Part shown: positions 1-7,705 of the stretch, piece after piece | Layout of the letters: every line of letters starts with the position of its first letter | How positions within the stretch are numbered: the stretch's first letter is position 1 | NCBI GenBank assembly: GCA_035289905.1 | Contig: DATDVT010000026.1 | Location: forward strand, 1-53,777 | DNA from: Candidatus Nanoarchaeia archaeon | Lineage (GTDB): Archaea > Nanobdellota > Nanobdellia > SCGC-AAA011-G17 > GW2011-AR18 | Direction of reading: 5' to 3' | Length of the DNA stretch: 53,777 bases | Position numbers and translations under genes: made by a program | Notes under the pieces: generated by a model | What the model saw: only the letters and a program-made list of their open reading frames with translations | Database searches by the model: none | Told to the model about the DNA's origin: nothing

Positions 1-1
1 T

Positions 2-172
2 GTTTTTGATGCATTAATCTCAGAAAGACCATATAGAAAGGCAATTCCAGCAGAGAAAGTATACGAAATAATGAGTAAAGGAGATGGTAGAACAAAGCCA
101 GAGCATTTTGACCCAAACTTTTTAAAAATTTTTTTAAAAAATTATCTCAAATTTACTGAATTATTAAATTAA
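2..172 (+). CDS. 3' end of an HD-superfamily (HD-GYP-like) phosphohydrolase gene; the 5' part lies outside the window
   Basis: Frame is open from the window edge to TAA 170-172. Translation VFDALISERPYRKAIPAEKVYEIMSKGDGRTKPEHFDPNFLKIF carries the FDALxSxRPYRKA signature found downstream of the HD motif in HD-GYP-type domains. Confidence 0.55.
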   Translation, partial: VFDALISERPYRKAIPAEKVYEIMSKGDGRTKPEHFDPNFLKIFLKNYLKFTELLN

Positions 173-355
173 CCTTTATTTTATTCTAAAGCAGCAAAAG
201 AAAGCGGAGAAGTTGTAGGTAATGCTAGAATAGAAGCAGAAAAGAAAATAGGAAAACCAATATCCTCTGGAGAAAACTATTTAGATGCAGCTGAAAAGAG
301 AAGAAGAATGAAATAAAACCAAAACTTATTTAATCTAATAATTAAAATTATAATT

Positions 356-754
356 ATGATTTACATTAACTGTGATGGCGGTTCTAGAGGAAATCCTGGA
401 AAAGCAGCCATAGGAATAGTTCTCTGGGATAAAGATCATAAAAAATTAAAAGAATACAAAGAATACATAGGAATAGCAACAAATAATATTGCAGAATACA
501 AATCTTTAATCAAAGCACTTGAATTAGCAATAAAATATTCTAAAGAAGTAGAAGTTAATATGGATTCAGAGTTGGTTATTAAACAAATCAAAGGAATATA
601 TAAAGTAAAAGCCACCCACCTACCCCCTTTATTGCAAGAAGTAAAAGCTAATGAAAAACATTTTAAAAAAATAATTTATCATAACGTTTCTAGGGAAAAT
701 ATCTATCAAAAAGTAGCAGATTTTTTAGTAAACAAAGTCCTAGATGAAAATTAA
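356..754 (+). CDS. rnhA: Ribonuclease HI family protein
   Basis: 132 aa. INCDGGSRGNPGKAAIGIVL ... NNIAEYKSLIKALELA ... MDSELVIKQ matches the DGxxxGNPG / AEY / DS(E/Q)L core pattern of type 1 RNase H. Confidence 0.85.
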   Translation: MIYINCDGGSRGNPGKAAIGIVLWDKDHKKLKEYKEYIGIATNNIAEYKSLIKALELAIKYSKEVEVNMDSELVIKQIKGIYKVKATHLPPLLQEVKANEKHFKKIIYHNVSRENIYQKVADFLVNKVLDEN

Positions 755-1050
755 AATCCCCTAGCCATTATCCATTTTCTTTTAAAATACCAAATCCTTA
801 TTTTTTCAATAGGATACAAAATTAATTGACCAAAAACACAACCAAAAATAACTAAAATAACAAATAACAAAAAACTAGTCCCTAAATCTGGTAAAGTATA
901 CATCAAATAAGGACTATTTACTGTAGGATTCATTGTCATCCACAATTTAGTATTATAATAATTAGTTAAAATCTTAGCAAAATAAAACCATAATCCCAAT
1001 AATCCTCCAAATAAACCTCCAATTAACCAACCCCTCATACTTGGTTCCAC
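751..1050 (-). CDS. Small integral membrane protein, function unknown
   Basis: 99-aa ORF with hydrophobic segments GWLIGGLFGGLLGLWFYF and FLLFVILVIFGCVFGQLIL. It overlaps the 3' end of the upstream same-strand gene by 16 nt. Its T/G-ending codon bias is typical of minus-strand genes in this flank. Confidence 0.5.
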   Translation of the reverse strand: MEPSMRGWLIGGLFGGLLGLWFYFAKILTNYYNTKLWMTMNPTVNSPYLMYTLPDLGTSFLLFVILVIFGCVFGQLILYPIEKIRIWYFKRKWIMARGF

Positions 1051-1769
1051 CTATAAAATAATATTCCAGCAATTAATAAAGCAATTACTAAACTAATAAA
1101 CACACCCCAACCTAGACCTACGCTAAATAATAAATAACTCAACACAACAAAAATTAAACTAATTACATAAATCAATTTACCACCAAAGAAAATATAACTA
1201 CCATCTAATCTATGAAAAGGAATATAATTAAAAATAACCATAAAAAAAGTAATTCTAACAAACAGATCAACATCAAAACCAAAAAATTTATTCAACACAT
1301 TCAAAACAATCAAAAAAACAGCAAGCATCATATACCCACCTACACAAATTAAACTCCTTTCATAGTCAGTAACATGTGTCCAAATTCTACCTACCCTTTT
1401 AGTTCGTATTCCTTTAGAAACATGTTCACCAGTAAAAGTTAAAGCTAAACCTCCCTGTGTTAAAAAACTAATTAACAAAGGTAACCAAATACCTAGTCGA
1501 AACGGTTTTTTTAATTTAGATGAAGCACTAAACCATAAACTACTAATTGTCCAAACCCTATACTCTACTATACAATCCCTCCACCTAGCCATAATCTTAT
1601 GACCTGATTCTTTAAGAAAAAAAACTATCAAAACCATAAAAAACACCTTTAGCAAATTCATTAACCAATTTTCTAAAACAAAAATTTCAGAACCATCATC
1701 AAATCCAAAAACAAAAGTTAAAACTAACAAACTATATACATAAGCGCATAATTCCTTTTTTTGAAACAT
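1035..1769 (-). CDS. Polytopic membrane protein related to site-2 protease (peptidase M50) family, with a degenerate zinc motif
   Basis: 244 aa, multi-TM. FNYIPFHRLDGSYIFFG matches the M50 NxxPxxxLDG motif. The expected HExxH position reads KESGH (FFLKESGHKIMAR). Confidence 0.55.
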   Translation of the reverse strand: MFQKKELCAYVYSLLVLTFVFGFDDGSEIFVLENWLMNLLKVFFMVLIVFFLKESGHKIMARWRDCIVEYRVWTISSLWFSASSKLKKPFRLGIWLPLLISFLTQGGLALTFTGEHVSKGIRTKRVGRIWTHVTDYERSLICVGGYMMLAVFLIVLNVLNKFFGFDVDLFVRITFFMVIFNYIPFHRLDGSYIFFGGKLIYVISLIFVVLSYLLFSVGLGWGVFISLVIALLIAGILFYRWNQV

Positions 1770-1848
1770 ATTCTCTCTAGTATTTTCTCTTTTAAAAATT
1801 TAATCTTTAGAAGAAACTTTAAAAAGAATAAAAATCAAGTTTAAATAA

Positions 1849-3027
1849 ATGGCCGCCTTAGCAATAATTTTTGTAATTATCACGATAATTGTAGGTATTT
1901 ATTTAATATTAAAACTATCAAAACATTACGTATTCGATAGAACCTTAAATTCAAAAGAAAAAGGTAAAGGAATAATTAACTGGTTATCACCAAGTGCAAG
2001 AAGAGAAAGAAAAAAACAAAAATTAGGTCAACAAATAGAAATTAAAAAGTTAAAAAACCAAAAAGGAAAAAAAATTAAAGATACAATAAGAGAATCTAAT
2101 AAAAAATATTTAGCTGAAATTCAAAATATAGAAAGAAACTTACCTAAAAAAACAATAACTGATAAGGATGGAAGGGTAATGCCTAACCCAGAATATGTTA
2201 ATGAAGTAAATAAAACAGAAATATTAAAAGATACAATCCAACTTAATGATGCAATTGGAGAAAACACAGATGAAAGAACAGCTACCACCGAACAAATAGC
2301 AACAACCATATCTGAAATAGAAAGTGTTACAACTAATTTAGCAGGATCAGTTACAAAAGAAATAATAAAATCATTAATTGGATCTACCCTCTCAAAAACA
2401 AAAATATATCAATCTTTAGAAATAAATCAAAGAGATTTAAATGAAGAAGAAACAAATAATTATGCAGACGAAACAGAAAGAACAGTTTTGGCACTATCCA
2501 ACTACAAAACAGAAGACCTAACCGAAACAAAAATAGAATATACAAAATTATTTGATCAACAGAAAAAAGATATAGAAACTTTAAAAAAAATAATAATAAT
2601 AAAGTCTAAATTAGCCGCAGGAAATCACCTACCAGAAATAGACAAATTTAACAGAGGTATAATTCCAGCAGAGAAATCACTTTTAGAACTTTATAGACAG
2701 ATGCAAGAACTATTGATCTTTTTTTTTAAAAAAACAGAAGAAATAGAAAAAAATATAGAATCTTGTATAGCCTCCTTTATCCAAGAAAGAAACATTCTAA
2801 GAGGAGATAAAAATAAAAGACTGTTATTAATACAAGCCACAAATCAATTAAATATTTTAGAATCAATTCTAAAAATAATTGAAGAAATTGAAACTAAAGT
2901 ACTAGAGCTAAAAAAATTAATTGAATCCTTTGAAAAATTAAATGAAGAGATAAATACATTAGAATTGGAAAAGCAAAAACAACAAGAAAAAAGTATGCAA
3001 GAATATCTTACATCTCTAAGAGTTTAA
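1849..3027 (+). CDS. Membrane-anchored coiled-coil protein, function unknown
   Basis: 392 aa with an N-terminal TM (ALAIIFVIITIIVGIYLIL) followed by long K/E/Q/I-rich heptad-like sequence. A/C-ending codon bias fits a plus-strand gene of this flank. Confidence 0.6.
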   Translation: MAALAIIFVIITIIVGIYLILKLSKHYVFDRTLNSKEKGKGIINWLSPSARRERKKQKLGQQIEIKKLKNQKGKKIKDTIRESNKKYLAEIQNIERNLPKKTITDKDGRVMPNPEYVNEVNKTEILKDTIQLNDAIGENTDERTATTEQIATTISEIESVTTNLAGSVTKEIIKSLIGSTLSKTKIYQSLEINQRDLNEEETNNYADETERTVLALSNYKTEDLTETKIEYTKLFDQQKKDIETLKKIIIIKSKLAAGNHLPEIDKFNRGIIPAEKSLLELYRQMQELLIFFFKKTEEIEKNIESCIASFIQERNILRGDKNKRLLLIQATNQLNILESILKIIEEIETKVLELKKLIESFEKLNEEINTLELEKQKQQEKSMQEYLTSLRV

Positions 3028-3682
3028 CCTCTTCAATTAAATCCTCAACATGTCCAGCCCCAACAATAGCAACAATTAAATCAAAATTATTCATTAATTT
3101 TTTTAATCTAATTGCCATATACTTATTTCTATCAACAACTAATACATTATACAAAGAAGGATATCTATCCTTCACCTTTAATAACATCTTCTCAATTAAT
3201 TTATCATCAGGTACCTTATTTAAATCAAAATTTATCTTTTCACCAAAACCAAAAACAGCTTTCAAAACATCTATAAAAAATCTTCCCCTTTCTTTCCAAG
3301 TAATATATTTATTCAAATTTTTTAAAGTGACCTCAATTCTTTGATCAATCAAAGCTACCTTAATCTTATGTTCTTTAGCAATCATTACCGCCTTTAACAT
3401 ATCCTCTCCAGGTTTAACACCTACTTTTTCACCAAGTTTATTTTCTATCCATTCAACTAGTCTAGCAAAAATATATCCTTTAATGCCTATTCTCCTTATA
3501 TCTCCCCATTTCGCTCTTCTATCTACGTTGTCTTTATTTAATAAAGCATACAATCTTTCTTTATCTAACTCCAAAGCAACAACATCAGGTTTTTTTTCTA
3601 AAATAACCTTTTCTACATCATTCAGACTTTGTCTAGCAATATGAGATGTTCCAACAATAACTAAATTTTTATATACTTCCAT
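3008..3682 (-). CDS. TraB/PrgY (pheromone-shutdown-like) family protein
   Basis: 224 aa. VGTSHIARQSLNDVEKVILEKKPDVVALELDKERL and the C-terminal VGAGHV are the characteristic TraB-family N- and C-terminal motifs. Confidence 0.8.
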   Translation of the reverse strand: MEVYKNLVIVGTSHIARQSLNDVEKVILEKKPDVVALELDKERLYALLNKDNVDRRAKWGDIRRIGIKGYIFARLVEWIENKLGEKVGVKPGEDMLKAVMIAKEHKIKVALIDQRIEVTLKNLNKYITWKERGRFFIDVLKAVFGFGEKINFDLNKVPDDKLIEKMLLKVKDRYPSLYNVLVVDRNKYMAIRLKKLMNNFDLIVAIVGAGHVEDLIEEVKLLEM

Positions 3683-3733
3683 AACTTTAAAAACCTACAC
3701 AACTATAAATAAATTACTAAAAACGAGGAAAAA

Positions 3734-4006
3734 ATGGTAAAGACATTAAAAATAACCGATTTAATTGGTATGCCTGTATATACAGATGATGGCAACTATT
3801 ATGGAGATATTGAAGAATCAGTTCTTCTTAACAATAAAGTATTTGGCTGGAGAGTTAGATCCACAAAGCATTCACAACTGAGTAAAGTATTAAGTGGTGC
3901 TAGAGGGGTTACTGTACCACACCAAATGGTAAAAGCTATTGGTAATATAATTTTAATCTCCAAATCAGCTATGCCTGCAATAGAGGAAATGCCAGATTCT
4001 TTTTAA
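3734..4006 (+). CDS. PRC-barrel domain protein
   Basis: 90 aa. LIGMPVYTDDGNYYGDIEESVLLNNKVFGWRV resembles the PRC-barrel pattern (L.G..V....G..lG.v.d....). Confidence 0.65.
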   Translation: MVKTLKITDLIGMPVYTDDGNYYGDIEESVLLNNKVFGWRVRSTKHSQLSKVLSGARGVTVPHQMVKAIGNIILISKSAMPAIEEMPDSF

Positions 4007-4056
4007 TTTTTCTTTAATAACTTTTTTTAATATAAAAATTATATTTTTATAAGAAT

Positions 4057-4100
4057 TGCAAAAGAAAACCAACTAATTTATTGGTTGGTTGAATTTTGCA
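4057..4100. repeat. Imperfect 44-nt hairpin upstream of the TnpB relic (possible IS200/IS605-type subterminal hairpin)
   Basis: TGCAAAA-GAA-AACCAAC (4057-4073) pairs with GTTGGTT-GAA-TTTTGCA (4084-4100): two 7-bp stems separated by a 3-nt internal mismatch. Confidence 0.4.
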
Positions 4101-4149
4101 GTGGACATGAATGCATAAAATATATAAATAAAAAATACTTATTCTGATT

Positions 4150-4589
4150 ATGATAAGCTATAAGTTCCGATTATACCCTAATAAAGAACAACAAAAACGA
4201 TTAGAATTATCTTTAGATATTTGCAGAAGAACTTATAATGAACTTCTTTCAGAGTTAAATAGTGGATTTACTAAATTAGAACTATCAAATTATCTTTTAG
4301 ATTTAAAAGCTTGTTACCTCAAATGAAGAATGTATATTCTAAATCATTGCAAGTAGAGAATGATAACCTCGAATGTTCTTCTTGTGGAAGAATACAAAAA
4401 ATAAAATTATCCGAGAGAATATATAATTGTTTTTGCGGATTAATTTTAGATAGAGATGAAAATGCAGCTAAGAATATTATTAAATATGGAAGGCTAGGAA
4501 TTAGCCTTAATGGAGAAGAAACCAATACTCAATCAAATGAGCAAGTGTCTTCTATGAAGTTAGAAGCCTATCCTTTTAATGGTGGGTGA
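4150..4589 (+). pseudogene. tnpB: Decayed IS200/IS605-family TnpB (OrfB) gene: frameshifted and internally deleted
   Basis: Frame A, 4150-4326: MISYKFRLYPNKEQQKRLELSLDICRRTYNELL is a typical TnpB N-terminus. Frame B, 4311-4589: CSSCGRIQKIKLSERIYNCFCGLILDRDENAAKNI is the TnpB zinc ribbon plus the last RuvC motif. Together about 150 aa instead of about 400, with no intervening RuvC core. Confidence 0.75.
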
Positions 4590-4740
4590 TTCACTATGGA
4601 TGATTATGAATTTCCATCAAAACGTAAATCTAAATCTGATAAAAAACAAAAAAGAAAATTTAGAGTATATAAAAAAGGAGGGCCAAATAGAACATAACCT
4701 TTATTAATCAACTAAATTATAGGTTAATAAAAGGGGAAAT

Positions 4741-5316
4741 ATGGCAGCAACAGTTTTAGGTAGCGCAATTGAATTTTTTAAAGAGTTTGGTTTATTTGAT
4801 ATTATTCTTCCATTCTTATTAGTTTTCACAGTAACCTTTGCTTTATTAGAAAAAACTATGATTTTAGGGTCTGAAGAAAATGAGAAAGGCAAAAAATATC
4901 CTAAAAAAAATCTCAATGCAATGGTTGCCTTTGTTATAGGCCTTTTAGTCGTAACAGCAAATAAAGTAGTGAACGCAATTAATGTTGCTCTACCAAATAT
5001 TGTTTTTCTAATCATCATCATCATATCTTTTTTGATGTTAGTAGGTACATTCTTTAAAACAGGAGAATTAGATTTTATGGAAACATACGGCAACAAAGCA
5101 AAAATCGGATTTATGATGGTTGTTTTACTTCTAGTTATTTTAATCTTTCTAGATTCAATTCCAACAGATTCTGGAGAATCTTGGCTAGAATACGCATTTA
5201 ATTATACTCTAAATAATTTTTCAGGGGCAGTTGTAACCTCTTTGATTCTCCTTTTAGTTGTAATAGGCGCCATAGCCTTAGTAGTTAGAGGTAATAATAA
5301 AGGAGGAAAAGAATAA
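4741..5316 (+). CDS. Membrane protein, paralog 1 of an unrecognised 5-TM family
   Basis: 191 aa. N-terminal signature GLFDIILPFLLVFTVTFALLEKTMILG, then NLNAMVAFVIGLLVV. Shared with the next two ORFs and with the N-terminus of 36097..38580. Confidence 0.75.
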   Translation: MAATVLGSAIEFFKEFGLFDIILPFLLVFTVTFALLEKTMILGSEENEKGKKYPKKNLNAMVAFVIGLLVVTANKVVNAINVALPNIVFLIIIIISFLMLVGTFFKTGELDFMETYGNKAKIGFMMVVLLLVILIFLDSIPTDSGESWLEYAFNYTLNNFSGAVVTSLILLLVVIGAIALVVRGNNKGGKE

Positions 5317-5894
5317 TGGCATTAAATTTTAATATTGGTCCAATAGTTGAATCCCTTCAAGATATGGGAATATATGATTATTTATTACCATTCATACTAA
5401 TATTCGCAATTATCTTTGCTATATTAGAAAAAACAAAAGTTTTAGGTTCAGAGGGAACAAAACCAAAAACAAATATTAATGCTTTAGTTGCCATAGTTAT
5501 TGGTCTTCTTTTAATCGTAAATCAAAATATAGTCTATATAATAAATTCATTCTTACCAAAGGTTTCATTATTAATAATAATCTTATTGATGGGTCTTTTA
5601 GTCATTGCCATGCTCGCTGGAAAAGAATTTAAAGGACTGCAAGGCAGTGTATTTGCAGTGGCTTTTATTATTTCAATTATAGCAATTATTATATCCTTAA
5701 CTCCAGATCTTTCAATACCTGGTCTAAACCTCTCTCAAAGCGATAAAGAACAATTATTAGGAATAGGTGTTTTAGTAGGAATTATTTTGCTAGTCTATTT
5801 TTTGATTACTAGCGGAGGCAAAAAAGAACCAGGAAAAGGAGAAAGTGGTTGGAAAAAATTTGTTGATGCCCTGAATGACGGAGTGAAAGAGTAA
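5316..5894 (+). CDS. Membrane protein, paralog 2 of the same family
   Basis: 192 aa. GIYDYLLPFILIFAIIFAILEKTKVLG ... NINALVAIVIGLLLI. Its ATG overlaps the upstream stop (TAATG). Confidence 0.75.
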   Translation: MALNFNIGPIVESLQDMGIYDYLLPFILIFAIIFAILEKTKVLGSEGTKPKTNINALVAIVIGLLLIVNQNIVYIINSFLPKVSLLIIILLMGLLVIAMLAGKEFKGLQGSVFAVAFIISIIAIIISLTPDLSIPGLNLSQSDKEQLLGIGVLVGIILLVYFLITSGGKKEPGKGESGWKKFVDALNDGVKE

Positions 5895-6431
5895 ATGGCC
5901 ACAATAATGGATGTTTCAGCTTTATATTATTTTTTACCATTTGTTATATTCCTATTTATATTTGTAGCCTCTTATGGATTCTTAAGCAAAATAAAAATTT
6001 TAGGAGATAACACAAAATTAAATCTAATAGCTGCCCTTTGTATTGGTTTACTAACCATTTTTATAGGAGATTTAATTGATATTTTATCTTTTACAATTCC
6101 ATGGCTATTTTTTATAGTAATTGCTTTATTAATGATATTTGGTCTATTCCTATTTTTTAAAATTGGAAAGACTGAAGAAGAATCTTATGCAAAGGTATGG
6201 GACTTAATTGGTTCAACACCAGTTTTAATTATAATGCTTATAATTATCTTTATAGCAATTACTCAAGTGTTTGAATCAACCATCTCCCCATATAGTTCTG
6301 AAGACGGAACAAAAACACCAACAAGTGAAACCCTTAGAACTCTAACACATCCAAGGATACTAAGTGCATTATTTATCCTAATCATTTCAGGTGTAGTTGT
6401 ACGCTATCTAGTAGATCTAGTAAAAAGTTAA
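5895..6431 (+). CDS. Membrane protein, paralog 3 of the same family
   Basis: 178 aa. ALYYFLPFVIFLFIFVASYGFLSKIKILG ... LNLIAALCIGLLTI. Its ATG directly abuts the upstream stop. Confidence 0.7.
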   Translation: MATIMDVSALYYFLPFVIFLFIFVASYGFLSKIKILGDNTKLNLIAALCIGLLTIFIGDLIDILSFTIPWLFFIVIALLMIFGLFLFFKIGKTEEESYAKVWDLIGSTPVLIIMLIIIFIAITQVFESTISPYSSEDGTKTPTSETLRTLTHPRILSALFILIISGVVVRYLVDLVKS

Positions 6432-6988
6432 ATCTTCCTATTATGTTTCATATCCTGAGTTATTCTTTCTAATTCTTTTATATTCATAACTAAAGGTTCT
6501 AAAATCTTTTCAAATACCTTTTCAAGTGCTTTCATCTCATCATGAATATTACTTAAAGTATCATCATAAATCTTCACTCTACCAACAATAGAATTCTGTA
6601 AATTTTCAAATCGATCACTTAACCTAACCAATTCTTGTTTAACTGCAGTGATATTCGTATCTACCCTCTCCTTCCACAAGGTTAAATTTCCTAAATTACC
6701 CATTAAATCATCCCACTTTTCATTTACTACTGCTTCAATTAATTCATGCATTCTGTCTACATCCACATCTGATGTAGGACCAGGAGTAGCCTCTTGTGCA
6801 ACACCCCATTCAGAACTACCTTGAGGACTAATATCTGTAGTTACAGCCACAGGCATTTCTTCTTGAACATTTTCTGTATTTTGCCATTCACTTGTAGGTG
6901 CAACACCAGAAGGAGATGGAGCATCTAAACCACCAGATGTTCCTGCCTTAGTATTTACAAAATCTTGACCATCAACCATTTTCTTCAC
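6428..6988 (-). CDS. Protein with an acidic/Pro-Ser-Thr-rich disordered N-half and a coiled-coil C-half, function unknown
   Basis: 186 aa. Low-complexity N-half contains two SEW motifs (PTSEWQN, GSSEWGV). The C-half is heptad-like (LVRLSDRFENLQNSIVGRVKIYDDTLSNIHDEMKALEKVFEKIL). Overlaps the upstream gene by 4 nt. Confidence 0.6.
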   Translation of the reverse strand: MKKMVDGQDFVNTKAGTSGGLDAPSPSGVAPTSEWQNTENVQEEMPVAVTTDISPQGSSEWGVAQEATPGPTSDVDVDRMHELIEAVVNEKWDDLMGNLGNLTLWKERVDTNITAVKQELVRLSDRFENLQNSIVGRVKIYDDTLSNIHDEMKALEKVFEKILEPLVMNIKELERITQDMKHNRKI

Positions 6989-7347
6989 CCTCTTTTTTTA
7001 TGTTTTTTAATTAATTCTATAACTTCTTCTTCTGTTACAAATTTCATAGGGTTCCACAAATTAATATACTTTTCTAAAACCCTAATATCCCCCTTCGAGG
7101 CATATTGCCCCAATTCTTTTACAACATATCTTAATGTCTCAGTAATTTCAAAAAGTTCAGATTTCATTTTTTTTAAATCTTCATCAACTATATTTATATT
7201 TCCAGATAATTTTTTATGTTGTAAAATTAAATTCTGGTTTATTACAAGCAATCTATCTCTTAATAAATTATATTGTCCCTCTAGCCCTCTCAATCTAGAA
7301 ATCATATCTACATAAACATCTTGTTCAGCATATTGCTCATCAACCAT
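6985..7347 (-). CDS. Small coiled-coil protein, function unknown
   Basis: 120 aa, heptad-like (LRGLEGQYNLLRDRLLVINQNLILQHKKL...). Preferred over the antisense ORF 6965..7315, which translates to low-complexity sequence. Confidence 0.6.
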   Translation of the reverse strand: MVDEQYAEQDVYVDMISRLRGLEGQYNLLRDRLLVINQNLILQHKKLSGNINIVDEDLKKMKSELFEITETLRYVVKELGQYASKGDIRVLEKYINLWNPMKFVTEEEVIELIKKHKKRG

Positions 7348-7382
7348 TTGTTTAAAATAAATTAGTTTAACTAATAAAGTTT

Positions 7383-7587
7383 ATGTAGTACCTTAAAAAG
7401 GTACTTTTGGAATATTTATTTATTATTGGTTTTTTTATAGCTTATCTGCAGATCCTGTTGAAGCACAAGAGTTTCTCAAGAAAACGATAAGCAAGAGAAA
7501 ACCAAAGTATATCCAAACTGATGCTGGAATGTTTTATTCTTTAAGTGACGTTAACTTTACAGCTCAGCTCAAGGTCATTGTGATATA
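7383..7587 (+). pseudogene. Gene debris: disrupted 5' end of a pilin-like gene (paralog of 53677..), running in frame into a transposase-like fragment
   Basis: ATG-TAG at 7383-7388. 7397-7420 (AAAGGTACTTTTGGAATATTTATT) matches 53686-53709 at 23 of 24 positions, and TAAAGTTTA recurs upstream of both. The frame then reads KGTFGIFIYYWFFYSLSADPVEAQEFLKKTISKRKPKYIQTDAGMFYS...* with no usable start. The A..FLkk....kP..I.TD pattern recalls DDE (IS6-like) transposases; this is from memory and weak. Confidence 0.35.
7388..7404. repeat. Perfect 17-nt palindrome GTACCTTAAAAAGGTAC
   Basis: 7-bp arms GTACCTT/AAGGTAC with a 3-nt centre. It sits inside the debris at the left composition-switch gap. Confidence 0.8.
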
Positions 7588-7673
7588 AAAAACTATTCTG
7601 CTAAAAAAATTAGTGATTCTTTTTCTAAATAGACTATTATACCACAAGTTAATATTATTTTCAAGAGAATAAC

Positions 7674-7681
7674 TTTATAAA
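7674..7681 (+). promoter_or_regulatory. TATA box for top6B
   Basis: TTTATAAA centred about 28 nt upstream of ATG 7706. Confidence 0.5.
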
Positions 7682-7705
7682 GGAATTATTTTTTTGTCAA
7701 GGATA

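Noticed and set aside
2121-2309. 62-aa minus-strand ORF inside 1849..3027
   Set aside because: It is antisense to the long coiled-coil ORF, with a Ser/Val-rich low-complexity translation.
4596-4697. 33-aa basic ORF after the TnpB relic
   Set aside because: It is too short and has no recognisable family. It is mentioned in the TnpB finding but not called as a gene.
4704-5096. 130-aa minus-strand ORF overlapping membrane paralog 1
   Set aside because: The plus-strand frame is supported by paralogy with two downstream genes and by translational coupling. The minus frame has no support.
6965-7315. 116-aa plus-strand ORF
   Set aside because: It is antisense to the coiled-coil ORF 6985..7347. 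The translation is Ser/Phe/Ile-rich junk and its codon bias does not fit plus-strand genes of this flank.
7348-7705. Replication origin at the left composition-switch gap
   Set aside because: The polarity of the switch is origin-like if the leading strand is G/T-rich. However, I see no ORB-type repeat set and no adjacent orc1/cdc6, and the opposite switch lies only 37 kb away. An inversion explains both switches more simply. This remains an alternative under the skew finding.
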